This document shows positions 1-14,891 of a DNA stretch of 64,000 nt, piece after piece. Under the pieces are notes generated by a model. That model was not told where the DNA came from, did not search any database, and saw nothing but the letters and a program-made list of their open reading frames with translations. The position numbers were made by a program, and so were the translations under genes. The DNA comes from Chrysomallon squamiferum (lineage: Eukaryota > Animalia > Mollusca), in contig CM022668.1 of the NCBI GenBank assembly GCA_012295275.1, positions 16,616,001-16,680,000 on the forward strand, in the 5' to 3' direction. The first letter of the stretch is position 1; every line of letters starts with the position of its first letter.

Positions 1-135
1 CATAAATACATACATACATACATACTTACATAAATACATACATACATACATACATACTTACATAAATACAAACATAAATACATAAATACACACATATATA
101 AATACATAAATACATACATATATACATATACATAC
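1..135. repeat. (TACA)n-type microsatellite
   Basis: Direct reading. Confidence 0.9.
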
Positions 136-719
136 AGCGCTCACACACCAAACAAGTATTTGCAATAATACATGCATAAATAAAAAAGCAAGTAAAAAAA
201 TAATATTGATTTGTCTTGTACTGTTTTTAAAAACAGAATTTAAATTCTTTGAAGTATTAATTCATTCAAATGAAATTTATGGATTTAAAACCAGTGCATA
301 ACAATCTATTTGATGAAAACAAATTTATAGTCATTGAATATTTTACTTAAATACAGGTGTTATAGCCGGGGTGAAACGTGCTAGGTAACTGGCCTATTTA
401 ACATCCCATGTCTTCTTTTTAGTAGTGTAATTCCTGAGAAATATATTGGCAATATTAGCTAAGATATCACGCATTGATTTCATCGCGACAGTCCGTTCAT
501 TTCCGCAACTCCCCGTGCATTTCCGTCAACCACCTGCGCTACTGTACGCAGAAGTAATTTAGAGTTCGGAGCAGCACGTGACGTCTCGGATTTTTTCATT
601 TATTGTTTCGTTTTAAATATGTTCATTTCCTTAGCGCTGTGTCTTAACTGTTACTGTACCAGCGTTTGTTTATATGGAGACCAGCAGTATCTCTGCTAGG
701 AGTGTTTATTGCAAACATA

Positions 720-1090
720 TTGGATTAGTAGTTGTAGTAGTAACAGTAGCTGCTGTTGTTTCAGTGGAGATAGTAATGGTAACAATCATAGTAAACGTAT
801 TACGTTTCGCATTAGCTGTAATAATTGTAATAATACCAGTAGTAATAGCAGAAATAGCAGTAGATGGGATAGTAATGACTATAGAAATAGTAGTAAAAAA
901 AAGTAGTATGATTAACATTGCTAGTAGCAATAGTAATAGGAGATGCGATTAAAATATTGTAGTTTTGATGGTTAGTTGAAAACAGCTCGAATAGCAGCAG
1001 TAATAGAGTAGTAAATAATAGTAGTAGCAGTAGTAGTAGTTGAAGTAATAGTTGATGTAATAGTAGTAGTAGTTGTAGTAATAGCAGGAG
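720..1090. repeat. Degenerate (AGT/AGC/AAT)n tract
   Basis: Direct reading. Confidence 0.8.
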
Positions 1091-1966
1091 TAATTCTGCT
1101 TGTATATTAAAGTCATTTAAGTAATTAAAACATAAGACATCACAGTGATCCAGTCATCAAGATATTTTCAGTACGTTAATTACACGTGTTGTTTTCTTCT
1201 GTAACAACTAATTAAACCTGTACACTGGATTTTAATCTTTTCTCCACATGTTAATTAAATGTCAGAAAGCATTAGAAAGAAAAAAAATATATATATATAT
1301 ATATACTAATAAAAATCTATAAATATGGAACCATCAAGAAAATAAAACTGAGCGTTTAGAAAAAAAAGGAATTGGTGAAATTTTAAAATCTAATGTTAAT
1401 CTGAATTTCTGTTTACGGGTAAGTAAATGAAGATCTGGTTTCTTATTATAAACAATTACCATCATCTCGTGAGGCAATTACAAACAGTTTGACCTTCAAG
1501 TTAAGAATGAAGGTTATTAATTTAAATGCATATTGTTGTATGTATATATACAGCTTAGCAGGGTACAGGACGCCAGTCTACATGCAGCGTTGCCCATGGA
1601 GAAAGCCGGGTTTCTGACGTCATTGCTGGCTGATCGATAACTTAGAAATCGATCAGTTCATTTAAGGTGAAGCTAAAATATATTACATAATAATAATAAT
1701 AATAATAATAATAATTGTAGTACTAGCGGTAGGACTTTTAATACTAGTAATAGTAGCAGCAGAAAAAGTAGTAATAATAGCAATACTAATATTATAATTG
1801 TAGTAGTTCAATAGCTGTAATAGTAGTAGTAGCAATAGCGCGCTATTCTTTTTATTGAAATCGTCGTATTAGTAAAATAAATGTTCAGTGATTTCTCAGG
1901 GCTTTTTAATAATATAAATCATATATTTCTTAAACAATGAATTACTAGTTACTGACAAAGACGTGA

Positions 1967-2050
<84 letters not shown>

Positions 2051-2589
2051 GATAATAATAATCATATATGCTGCAGTAAAATGAAGATCAACTTCAATTA
2101 CAAACGGTTAAAGCAGACACGACATGGTAATTATAAGACAAAATTAATGTGACTGCATTTTCTAACGATCGAGATTTTTAATTTTATTTGTTTTTATGTT
2201 TTAATATGACGAGCACATTAGATACGTTTTCCTAAACGGGTTTGAGCTAGTAGTTCTCACGTAGGATAATGTTCCCGCTAGGCGAGTTTTGAAACAGACT
2301 GAGATTTCTGTGACTAGTCCGTCTGTTGTAAGTTTACAAACAACCTGGTAACAGTGGATGTTTGAAAACCTTTCACTAGTTACCCCTGGCTGTGTGATAA
2401 CACAAACACTTCCAAACTTGTGCAGCCGAGTTCTTCTTTGCGAATTGAACCGTTATTGATTGCACCTCGCTTCTCCAGGAAGTGCCCATCCTGAGGAATC
2501 CGTCATCTGTCTTTAATTTTAACCCTTTCTCAGCTAACTGTCCCTTGTGTCTACAGTTGTTTATATCTTTACTCTTCCCTCAGCTGACT

Positions 2590-3155
2590 TAACCCTTTCT
2601 CCGCTAACTATACTGTTAACTCTTTGTCAACTAACTATACTGTTAACTCTTTCTCAACTAACTATACTGTTAACTCTTTCTCAGTTAACTATACAGTTAA
2701 CTCTTTTTCAGCTAACTGTACTGTTAACTCTTTCTCAGTTAACTATACTGTTAACTCTTTCTCAGCTTACTATACAGTTAACTCTTTCTCAGCTAACTAT
2801 ACTGTTAACTCTTTCTCAGTTAACTATACAGTTAAGTCTTTTTCAGTTAACTATACTGTTAACTCTTTCTCTGCTAACTATACTGTTAACTCTTTCTCAG
2901 CTAACTATACTGTTAACTCTTTCTCCGCTAACTATACTGTTAACTCTTTCTCAGCTAACTATACTGTTAACTCTTTCTCTGCTAACTATACTGTTAACTC
3001 TTTCTCAGTTAACTATACTGTTAACTCTTTCTCATTTATCTATACAGTTAACTCTTTCTCTACTAACTATGTTGTTAACTGTTTGTCAGTTAACTATACT
3101 GTTAAGTCTTTTTCAGCTAACTATACTGTTAACACTTCCTCAACTAACTATACTG
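2590..3155. repeat. 27-bp minisatellite, about 21 copies
   Basis: Unit ACTGTTAACTCTTTCTCAGCTAACTAT; gives the 9-aa periodic ORFs. Confidence 0.95.
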
Positions 3156-3533
3156 TTTCCCTCTATTGTTCTCTTGTGACTTTCTTTACTCTATATTTTT
3201 ATTATTATTATTATTACTACTACTACTACTACTACTGCTACTACTACTACTACTGATACTGTTATTATTATTATTATTATTATTATAAATCACCAGTTAT
3301 TTTCTTTATTATAAAATAACTTTTGATTGCCATTATATATACGTCGATTAACTTAAGATTAAAGCACGCCATTCATGAGTCCTCGCTGCAAGTAAAAGAC
3401 TGTACTGAAATGAACAATTCTGTTGTACTTGTTTAATCTTAATTTTCTGACTCGATGCTGTAGTGACCCACGTGTCAGCGTATCCATCACAGACAGTCGC
3501 GTGATTTAATAGCTGTCATCAGAGCATCTCACT

Positions 3534-3679
3534 GTGATTATTTATCATTATTAAATTTCATTATGATTATTTATCATTATTAAATTTCATTATGATTATT
3601 TATCATTATTAAATTTCATTATAATTATTTATCATTATTAAATTTCATTATAATTATTTATCATTATTAAATTTCATTA
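3534..3679. repeat. 29-bp minisatellite, 5 copies
   Basis: Unit TGATTATTTATCATTATTAAATTTCATTA. Confidence 0.9.
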
Positions 3680-3819
3680 TATCATCTACGACTTCATGAA
3701 CGAAAATATGCAAGCGGATTTAAAATAATTTAAGAAAAAATTGTATAGGCCTATCCATATCTGTACGTTTATTTTGTACATACCGTTGTGGTTTTTTGTA
3801 GTTTTTTCATATAAAGTTA

Positions 3820-3865
3820 AAATAATAATAATAATAATAATTATTATTATTATTATTATTAGTAT

Positions 3866-3937
<72 letters not shown>
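3820..3937. repeat. Compound (AAT)(ATT)(AGT)n microsatellite
   Basis: Direct reading. Confidence 0.95.
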
Positions 3938-3938
<1 letters not shown>

Positions 3939-5032
3939 TTTTAGAAGTCTACTTTTATTTATAAAATGTTGTATACACAATCACTGTGAGCCGCTGTGCA
4001 CTTTTTGGTAATTTATATAATTCACTTCAATAAACAGAGCTAAGAAAAATTGCTTCATAAATAAAAAGTCGTAGTTTGTGACACTCGCAGTGGAGAAATG
4101 TGCCTAATTTACAGCGAGTCGGTCTCGGGAGTACAGCGTTTCTACATGCGCCAGCAGCCAGCACTCGGGAACGAGTCGTTACTGGAGCTTTGACGTAATA
4201 AAAATCTCCCCCAGACACAACCAAGCGTTAAACCGGCTCAGAGACAGTGCAGAAAATGTGTGTCACTTTCACAGCTCACCGACTCCGTTTTACATTCATT
4301 CTTAAATTAATAATCTTTCGTAAAAATCATTTGTCTCGTTTAACAGCGTGAATTGGAATGAACTTAGTTGTAGACGTAATTGTTTGGTCATTTTGATGAT
4401 AAATCAGACTTGCACGTCGAACAAAATCAGCTAATTTCAATAACAGATGAAACCGATGGAGTAACATATATAATATCAAATATTTTGTGTACACAACTCA
4501 GTGTTAGAATTCAGTAATGGATAAAAAAAAGAAGCAGCAAAGATTTGCTGTCAATTTGCATATTGTACGTGCTTACCTGAATCTTACATTTGGCAACCCA
4601 AGACAATTACGGTGCAAGTTAGAAGCAGAAAGGGGTTAACATGGTACAGATTCCTACAGCAATTACTAGTCGGGCAGGCTACGAGATAAACACAATTGTG
4701 CTTAATGCATTTTAATATTATTATACATATATAATTATTATCATTATTATTATTGCTGCTGTTGTTGTTCTTTCTTGTTACTATTAATGTTATTACAATA
4801 CTATTGCTATTACTACTATTATAATTATTGTTGTTTTTGTTGTTGTTGCTGCTGTTGTAGTTGTTTTAAAATATGAAAACCTGCGGGTCCAATAGGAAGC
4901 ATGCGTTTCGTTGGATCCCTGTGTTTTTTATGTCATGTATTATGCTGGATCAGGCATCTACAAGCAAAGTTACAAAAACGTTCATAAATAATTTTATAGT
5001 GTAAGAAATATTTCTTGTCATTTAGCTGGGCC

Positions 5033-5153
5033 ATATGAATTCATTGGACTGTATGAACTGTATGAACAGTATGAACCGTGTGAACTATATGAACTGTATT
5101 AATAGTATGAACAGTATGAATTGTATGAACTGTATGAACGTTATGAACTGTAT
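5033..5153. repeat. Degenerate 9-bp tandem repeat
   Basis: Unit TATGAACTG. Confidence 0.85.
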
Positions 5154-6332
5154 CAGCTTACAAGGGGTGTAACTCTACAAAGAGAACAAAGTTTACGTAG
5201 GAAAAAAACACTAACTTTGTCCTTCGTTCGTAACGATTCGAGAAATTAATACACTCCCTGTTGTTTTTAAAAAACCTAATTAGAACAAAATACATACATG
5301 TTAAATAAATAAACAAACAAACAAATAAATAAATTAAACACATATATAAATAAAGCGAATCAAATCAAATCAAATCAAATCAAATTAAATCAAATACCAG
5401 ACTGTAGTTGTGAAAGGTATTTTGTCACTATTTTACACATACACACGCATTAAATATGCGTTTAATTTACACATATATATACATACACACAAACACACAG
5501 ATATATGTATGTGTAAATGTGTGACATATATACGCAAGACGACATATGTTAATGTGTGTGTGAGCACGGCGTTTTAACGACATCTACAACGACAGAACTT
5601 TTGCAAAGGCTCAGAGAACATTTGAATAATTGCTGCTCTACGTGTCACCACTGGTAATAAAATTAACAGCTGCGGTTATTTATCACAGCCTACCACAGAG
5701 TCGATTTTAATGCCGATTTCACGTGCGCTGTCATCGACTAAATCACGACAAGTCGATACGACACGAACGTCACAACAATAGCGTTAACGTGCTTTTTATA
5801 CCCACCACTGCAGCGACATCGTCATCGCTTATTATGATCCGCTGAATTTCTTCGCTTAATGCGCAACTTGACATTTAGCTGCGCGGACCAACACGGATTC
5901 TGCAGTCAGAGGATGAAAAGTGTTTTCTCCTTTCAAAAGCCGTGTAAAAAGAGTTATTTTCTTTTTCGAGTGGAAAGCGCAGAAGTAAGTCCATAATAGA
6001 CGTGTCACTTTGCAATATTAGCCGTATCGGCTGTCGTATCATATACATTATTGACTATGTTAATTGATTTTCGTAATGGTACTAACATGAGCTCACCATT
6101 ACGATTAAAGCCCACTGTGAGTAGATTAATTTCATTCTTTCTCTGTGTACTCACGGACTCACGGTACAAATTTATACTCACAGTACAGATATATATATAT
6201 ATATATATATTCACCGAAGAATAATTTTCAGAAATATGCATCACGTGACCAAACGTACAATTTATATGCTACATAAAGTTTCGTTTACGTCCGATTGACA
6301 AAAATAATATTAACATCATACTTAAAATTTTA

Positions 6333-6647
6333 ACAGTTATTTTAAACGAGAAAGTAACATGATAATTAGAGTAAGTTACAGTTATTTTAAATGAGAAAGT
6401 AACATGATAATTAGAGTAAGTTACAGTTATATTAAATGAGAAAGTAACATGATAATTAGAGTAAGTTACAGTTATATTAAATGAGAAAGTAACATGATAA
6501 TTAGAGTAAGTTACAGTTATATTAAATGAGAAAGTAACATGATAATTAGAGTAAGTTACAGTTATATTAAATGAGAAAGTAACATGATAATTAGAGTAAG
6601 TTACAGTTATATTAAATGAGAAAGTAACATGATAATTAGAGTAAGTT
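6333..6647. repeat. 45-bp minisatellite, 7 copies
   Basis: Unit ACAGTTATATTAAATGAGAAAGTAACATGATAATTAGAGTAAGTT. Confidence 0.95.
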
Positions 6648-6713
6648 AAGTAAATCATCGCGTGTTTGTCTCTATCCCTGACCAGTGTCAGAGGAGGGGA
6701 CGGAAAATGTGTT

Positions 6714-6935
6714 AATAGCATTTGTAATAGCATTTGTAATAATAGCATTTGTAATAGCATTTGTAATAGCATTTGTAATAATAGCATTTGTAATAACAGC
6801 ATTTGTAATAATGGCATTTGTAATAATAGCATTTGTAATAGCATTTGTAATAACAGCATTTGTAATAATAGCATTTGTAATATCATTTGTAATAATAGCA
6901 TTTGTAATAGCATTTGTAATAGCATTCGTAATAGC
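6714..6935. repeat. Mixed 12/15-bp tandem repeat
   Basis: AATAGCATTTGT with an optional extra AAT. Confidence 0.95.
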
Positions 6936-7097
6936 CTAGTATTTATAATGATAAAACATATCGCTGAATGTGTGTTTTTGTAAACTGAATTTGAAAAAGT
7001 TGATCTAATTATTCATTCATTTAAATGATTTAGTGTTCAATTTGCTTTCATTAATAAACAGCAAAAACTGGGGATGAGTGAGAGGATGAATGAAATA

Positions 7098-7418
7098 ATG
7101 AATGGACTAATGAATAGAGTAATGAATGGACTAATGAATGGACTAATGAATGGACTAATGAATGGAGTAATGAATAGAGTAATGAATGGACTAATGAATG
7201 GACTAAGGAATGGACTAATGAATGGACTAATGAATGGACTAATGAATGGACTAATGAATGGACTAAGGAATGGACTAAGGAATGGACTAATGAATGGACT
7301 AATGAATGGAGTAATGAATCGAGTAATGAATGCACTAAGGAATGGACGAATGAATGGACTAAGGAATGGACTAATGAATGGACTAAGGAATGGACTAATG
7401 AATGGACTAATGAACGGA
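7098..7418. repeat. 12-bp minisatellite
   Basis: Unit ATGAATGGACTA. Confidence 0.95.
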
Positions 7419-10189
7419 TACTATTTAACGACTGACCACACAAATTAGAACATTTACTGTCGGATGTCGGATAACATTATGAACAAATTTCTCTCTATAA
7501 ATTAAGATGAATTAAAATTTAAATAAAAATAAAAATCCCCAAGAGATAAATTTCAAAGGTAAACAGATTTAATTTGTTCACTAGAAAAGAAAACAAATGA
7601 CTTGAAAACCTTAATACAGGTTTCTTCTAAGAAAAATATCTTTTCTGGTTTGTCCGGGTGAAGTTTTGTTTAGTGTATCTGCAGCACACTGAAATGGGTC
7701 ATTGTTGCTGACAGTAATTCAGTGATTTAAAAGAAGTGTTACAGACACCAGCACGATTCGAAACAATTTCATCTTCCTGAACTGGCTGCAGAAAAACAGT
7801 CATTCTCCAGAGAATGGCTTGACAAAATGAAATTTGTTTGTGACTCAAGTATTTCTGTTCATCATGCATATTGAGAAAGCGAGAGAGAGAAAAAAGTCTT
7901 TGTCAATTTTATTTTTGAAATGAGTGTACGGAACAAATCTCTTATAAGAGACACTTATCCTAATTGGAACTAGACGTGGACTGATGATAGTGGATAGGCA
8001 GAAGAATGAATACAAGGATGGATGAATAAATACGTCTGTGTTATGAATCTAAGGTGATGGTGGATGAATGGATGGATAAACAGATCCATGCATGGATCCT
8101 TGGATCACTGAAAAGATAGAGAGGATGACAGATGCAAGAATAGGTAAATAGATTCATGGATGGACATTTGGGTGAATGGAAAGACGGATTAGAAATAGAT
8201 GGAAGAATAAACAGAAGTGTGTATGGATGGATGGATGGATGGATAATGGACAGATTGATGCAGACAAGGATACAGATGGCGATAGACGGAAGAAAAGAGA
8301 TAAAGGCGAAGAAAATAGATACATTTCAGGTTTTGAAGTTGTAATAAAGGAAGATAAGAAAATCTTGTTAAGTGAATAAAGAGAATAAAAAATGAACATT
8401 AATCAGAATATCTGTTAATATCTCTCCAGTATCTAATGTTCTATCAACATTCGCTTTGATAGTTTCCAGTTCACCTAATTTACTATCAGACTTGTTAAGT
8501 TTTTCTCAGACACTTAACAATACAACAACTCGAGTAGAGCACGAATTATTTACATGTATTGATTTCATTCTATTTTCAATTCACCATCAATTATTTAATT
8601 TGTAATCTCATCAGTTAAAGAGAAACAAAATATCAATTTTACTTCTGTCACTTTAGATAAAGCGATATCAGATGATCTGTAAAGCATGAATCATTAACAT
8701 TCAGTAGTGATTATGATACGAATGTTGTTTTTTTTGTACTGCAATTAGACTGAGAGCGCTCGGCAATGGAAAAATCGTATTTGATTTACTACATATCAAG
8801 TAAAAAAGCAAAAGTGTTAAATTTAAAAATGTCGTGTGTTTCTTGTTAGACTCAGTGGCACTGTGGATGTCTCGACCGCATTCTGCTTTCTCTGAAACTC
8901 GTAACAAGATGGCCGCTAACATGTAATTAGTAAATTGGAAAGCAATGAGTTATCTACTTATTATTATTTTTTTCATCCAGCCTGCCTTACATCCCACAGG
9001 AAAAGAAGCAAGACAAAGACAGTGCTAATGCATTATTAACTAATCCATTACCCAATACACGTTTGTTCCAGCGATTCCCAGCGTTGCACAACGTTATTGC
9101 GGGTCGTGTCACTGGCCGAGTTCGATTCACAGCTATCAGCTAACTAAAAACCTTTTCACTTTCGTATTCCATGCAAATGAAACCAAATTAACGCCTGAGA
9201 AATTTCTTATACGGTTATTATAGGAGTTTATTATTGCGTGGTAATTCAGAAATCTGTGATCAATGAGTTAATTAGAGACCCCCTACACGTTTCATAATCC
9301 AGGACACGTGTTTTCCATTACACAGGTAACACAGAGTCCACAAATAGAACACAGTACTGTTACTTCTGTCTGACCGCCGTCTAAGTCACTACAGACATGT
9401 TGAGTTTACAGACATAAAATAATGAAGTCATATTTAAATTTCTTTAATTAAACAATAAAGAAATAAAAAAAACAGTTTATTTTGAACATCGTTCTTGTAT
9501 AATTAACATCGTAGTAATAGTCGGCAGTATCGCCATCCTTTATTTAAACTAGAATAAAACTATATAGTATCTGTGTAAATTCCTGTGCATATATATGCAG
9601 ATATGTGTGTGCATCTGTATTACTATTATGTCATATACTACATTATATTTGATTTGTAGCAAACTATAAAGGTTAAACACACACACACACGTTCAAACTA
9701 GACGTGAACATAAATAGATACATTAATGCCTATGGAAATCAAACGCCTATAAGAAACATGTGATCATTCTGAAAAGAAAAGAAAACAGTTTGTTAAAATT
9801 ATTAATTATGTTCCACGACTCGAGTCTGTCAGCAGACGGTAATTATGAGAGAAACACAAGACGAGAAAACCGTGCAGGAAGGATACAAGTCGTATCTCAC
9901 ACGCGGGTGTCAGGTACTCTGCACAGTGTACAATACCCTTCATTAGTCACTCGCCAAACTCAGCTTTACCTTTTAATTACAGACGAATGACAATACGCAG
10001 ATTTCTCAAACACAGAACAACAAACCATCATTAACAAGACTCTTTTCTTAAACTCGTTACAACCACTGGTTTCTTTGAAGAGATTCAGTCTAGAAATGTC
10101 TTCGTCTTTAGACTAAATTCATAAGATGTGATTTCATTGTTATTGTTGTTGTTGTAATTGTTATTGTTCTTGTTATTATTATTATTATT

Positions 10190-10229
<40 letters not shown>

Positions 10230-11408
10230 TTTGTTGTTATTGTTATAGTTATTTCTATTTTCATTTTTGATTTCTTAATTTTATTTTTTAATTTGAAATT
10301 TGAAAAAAATTCTGTTGCTCTTCTTAGATTTGTTATTCTGTCTGTCAGTTTATTCACCAGTTCATTAAGAAATCAGTTCAGTTCTTTTTCTCTGGACCAC
10401 TGAGTCATCCGTCAATCCAACCAACCATTCATCACTGGTCCACCCAACGCTGTTATTACTTACTCGCTATCTACATGTGAAATATATTCCCTCTCGTCTA
10501 GACAATGAATAGATTATCAGCGATTCTTGTTGTCAGCTTTTTATTTATAGAACCACCAAAATTACAGTCCAGTTCTTTTTCACGTTCCCAAATTTATTTT
10601 CATTGCCCCACAGTCTCCTGCAAAACTGTGATGACTGTAGGTGCAAATATATCCATCAATTTTCTATTTCTCACGATAAAGAAAAAGTGGCAATTATTTC
10701 AAGAACATTGATTATTGTTATTTTATGAATACAAACACCCAACGGCTTGCTGGTACTTGAATTTTGTTTTCCCCACATCGAACAAAAACACGTTCACACT
10801 TTCAAGTTTGTAGTCTCTTAGTCGTGGTTGGTTCAGAGACTGATGCTTTCGTTAACGGTTCAAATCTGGAAATAGCAACTTTCAGGTATGGATGACAGTG
10901 GGAGTAGATGAAAATAGAAATTAGCTTATTTCAGAACCAAAGCATAGCAATTATACTGGAGTTTTTCTACTTTTCAATTATTTATTATTATTCATTCTTA
11001 CGTTTATTATTTCTTCTTTATATATATATATATATTTTTTTTTTTCCTTTCTTCATATCATCCATTCTCTTTCTTATTTCTATTTTACTTATTTTATATT
11101 TTCAAGCTTTCCCTTTCTTTGCTTTTTATTTTCTTTATTTCAGAGTCATCCAGTTTTATCTCCTGGTATGTGATAAAATCTCATTTTGTATTCTACTGAC
11201 GTCATACATTTGTTAAAAATTAAATGAAGCGTTGAGAATTTTTGCCACAAACTACAGAGTTCATTTCAAAGACATTTCATCAGTTCAGTTATGTTATTCG
11301 TTTGTCAGCTCTTTTAAATATCAGACTATTAAGCAATTTCTTCATTTCTTATTTTTTATTTCTTTAAATTTTGTGTTACTATATCAACGTATCTATATTT
11401 AAATCTGT

Positions 11409-11457
<49 letters not shown>

Positions 11458-11605
11458 TATATAGAAAGAGAAAGAGAGAGAGAATCAGATATAGATAGAT
11501 AGAGATACAGAATAAAGAAAATAATAACAGCAACAATAATGACAGTAATACTATACATATAATACTATAATATAAATATATATATATATACACATACACA
11601 TACAG

Positions 11606-11681
<76 letters not shown>

Positions 11682-12189
11682 GATACTGAGATATATTAAA
11701 CTTTTTTCAGAATGTGCAAGCACGTACTAACTAATTATCAGTTTTCACTGTATGACAGTAAACACCTTATTAATTCTTTGTCTTCTTTATCTATTGTATC
11801 AATCAATAGCGAGTTTACCAGCGGTCAGTGCCGTGGGCCACGTCGTCAGTAAACTGATTGTGTACTACGCTACTACGCAGACATATAAAACGTAGAATCT
11901 TCATATTTCAACCTGAAAACGACGTTTGTCATCGTATTCTTCATTCACAAGATATTATTTAGCTTTGTCTTCACGACTGTAGAAAAACGATACGTTCCAA
12001 TAGGAAAGTGTTTGTGTTAAAGCAATGAATTATGTATTGGGGTTGTTGTGTGTTTATGAGTCAATGTTGTAAATAGATAAATGTCGTTTCGATTGTATAA
12101 GGAAACATTTACTATTGCGTTTGTTGCACTAAATATATACGCACACCTGTAGAGATGTATGAATATTATTCGTACTTATGTATGTGTAA

Positions 12190-12192
<3 letters not shown>

Positions 12193-12278
<86 letters not shown>
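12193..12278. repeat. (GA)n microsatellite
   Basis: Direct reading. Similar tracts start at about 11610, 29710, 30656, 45610 and 54963. Confidence 0.95.
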
Positions 12279-12282
<4 letters not shown>

Positions 12283-12618
12283 ACTACTTAGTTTTTGTTC
12301 ATGTTCCTGCCTGTACTGCTTTATGGATATAAAAATGTGTAAGTGTGTATTTCATTCTACATACTTTGAATGGATGATAATCTAAACACAGTGGCTATGT
12401 GAATGGAATAATTAATTAAGAGCGTCAATACAAACCTGCTACAACAGGAACAACAAACGAATTTAATACATTAATTATGTACAAACTGATATTAATAGTT
12501 GTTGATATAATAGTATGTATGTATGTGTGTGTATATATGTATGTTTATGTGTGTATGTATATATGTATGTCTGTAAGTAAATGTGTACTATTTCTCTCTT
12601 CTAATTATATTATATTAT

Positions 12619-12727
<109 letters not shown>

Positions 12728-13712
12728 TGTGTGTGTGTTATGTTTTCAGCTGCATTTATTTTGCACTGAATATTTAGAATTAATTCCAAAAATAGCAAGT
12801 TTTGATGTGTTCTTTATTGTCATTGTTACGATGTATTTTAATTTTATTTTAATTTATTCTAATCTATTTTCATTAAAATGTTGTTCAATTTAAGTGTTAG
12901 GTTTTATATTTGTTGTAAAGAAATATCACACAAGCAGCAGTGCTTCTGTTACATGTGTTTGTGATCAAAATGAGACATTTAACTTGTTTTTGTTTCATCG
13001 TTAAACCATTAATCGAAAACAGACCCGTTTACTGACTGCAATCAATTTCACCTAGACAAGACGAGCGAAGGGGAACAACTCTTTATAACAAAGAAACCCA
13101 GACAACGGGGTCGTTTGCTAATTACTTGCAAATGGGGTGTGACATAAAATCACAGAGCGGTGAATTAAATCGATAAATAACAGAGCTGCCCGTTCCTGGC
13201 GCATTTTAATGGACTAGTTGCCAGCTGCACGTGTCAATACTGAAGAGTCATTCGCGAAAGATCATCCAAGCTCCATTATCCACACCAAAAGTGTCAATAA
13301 CGAGTAATGGTGAGTTAACTGTAGAGACAAAACTATCGAGACAGATTTGAATATAATTTCTATGGTTACTGTTTATCGTTCTAAGACGTGTTACCGGCAT
13401 GTTTGTGACATCGTCGCTCCATTTCGCCGTCTGTTTATTGTAAAATAATGGATGCTTATCATCCTCGGCTCTGTTGACGATTTTCTCGCCATATCCATTA
13501 CCGTGAAGTAGTGAAACATAAGCCGAGTTAAATAGAGATAAAAACAAACTAATTTTAGATCAATAAGTAAGAAACGAGGTGCGGGTCCATGGTTTCAGAA
13601 AGGTGAATTTGTCTTTGATTTTACTGTTTTGGAGATGAAATGGTTGCAAAATAATTATTCGAAAGATTCGAAGTCTGACCCCTCCCCCATACCACTAAAA
13701 CTGTTCATAGAT

Positions 13713-14106
13713 AATAAAGTTACTTGTATTATTAACAGCTACACTTGATACATATTACTTTAATACAGTTACTTGTATTATTAACAGCTATACTAGATAC
13801 ATATTATTTTAATAAAGTTACTTGTATTATTAACAGCTATACTAGATACATATTATTTTAATAAAGTTACTTGTATTATTAACAGCTACACTAGATAAAT
13901 ATTACTTTAAGAAAGTTACTTGTATTATTAACAGCTACACTAGATAAATATTACTTTAAGAAAGTTACTTGTATTATTAACAGCTACACTAGATAAATAT
14001 TACTTTAAGAAAGTTACTTGTATTATTAACAACTACACTAGATACATATTATTTTAATAAAGTTACTTGTATTATTAACAGCTACACTAGATACACATTA
14101 TTTTAA
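13713..14106. repeat. 49-bp minisatellite, 8 copies
   Basis: Unit AATAAAGTTACTTGTATTATTAACAGCTACACTAGATACATATTATTTT; starts at 13713, 13762, 13811, 13860 and onward. Confidence 0.95.
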
Positions 14107-14856
14107 TTTGACTGTTTTTATAAGACATTAGAACTAAATATTTGTCATGTATTGGGTCATGATCTAATACTACCTAAATAATAACTTTTGTATTAAGAAT
14201 AAAACCAATAAATAAGAAAACGTTATTGTTGTTGTTGTTGTTGTTAATACTGCTACTGTTTTATTGTTGTTGTTATTAAATAATATTGTCTTCTTCATCT
14301 ACGTATTTATTTATTTACTTACTTACTTACTTTTATACAAAAACATCTTATCAAAGTACTGCTAAGATTATTCGCTGAAAATTATAAAACGATTTTTTTT
14401 TCCCCGAAACTACTAAAAGAGAAAAAAGAAACGATGACATCAAAAGAGGATTTTACTCAGACAAAATTATTTTTTATTATTTATTTACTTACTTACTTGT
14501 TTATTTCTTTCTTTCTTCCTCTCTATCTTTCTTTCTTTCTTTCTTTAGTTATTTCTTTTCTTTTCTTTTTCACAAGGGAAGCAATTATTAACAATTGTAA
14601 TATTGTGTAAATCCAAAGAGTTATCTTTCTTATGCATGAGACTAATCTAGCTTTGTTTATTTTTTGTTCTGCCGTGCTGTAAGTGTCATCCCGGAAAAAA
14701 TCAGTCAGACACACAAAACCCCACCCCACCCCATATTTATTTATCCACTACTGGGAGATACAGCCATTTTCTAAAGAGTGAAACTCGTTTCATTTTGAAT
14801 TTCCATACAGTTACATATCTTTATTACAAAGCTATATCATTTTAAATGTAACATTT

Positions 14857-14891
<35 letters not shown>

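Noticed and set aside
368-408. miR-193-like sequence AACTGGCCTA...TCCCA in a small hairpin
   Set aside because: The hairpin is only about 40 nt with a 4-nt loop, and the putative mature sequence would begin inside the loop. This is incompatible with pre-miRNA geometry.
4578-4678. Minus-strand segment ending in a strong CAG|GTAAGC donor
   Set aside because: All three frames contain stops between the nearest plausible acceptor and this donor.
5681-5703. miR-2-like 5' end TATCACAGCC
   Set aside because: The 3' part does not resemble miR-2 and there is no complementary upstream arm.
10819-10870. A-box/B-box-like pair (TAGTCGTGGTTGG...GGTTCAAATC) as tRNA or SINE head
   Set aside because: No cloverleaf and no recognisable SINE body or tail. 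At most a heavily decayed remnant.
13248-13547. 99-aa non-repetitive minus-strand ORF
   Set aside because: Non-ATG start, no convincing splice boundaries, no recognisable motif.
13577-13690. Degenerate AGG.GCGG.TCCA.G.TTTCAGAAAGG transposon-like end
   Set aside because: Too many mismatches, and no matching opposite terminus or target duplication.
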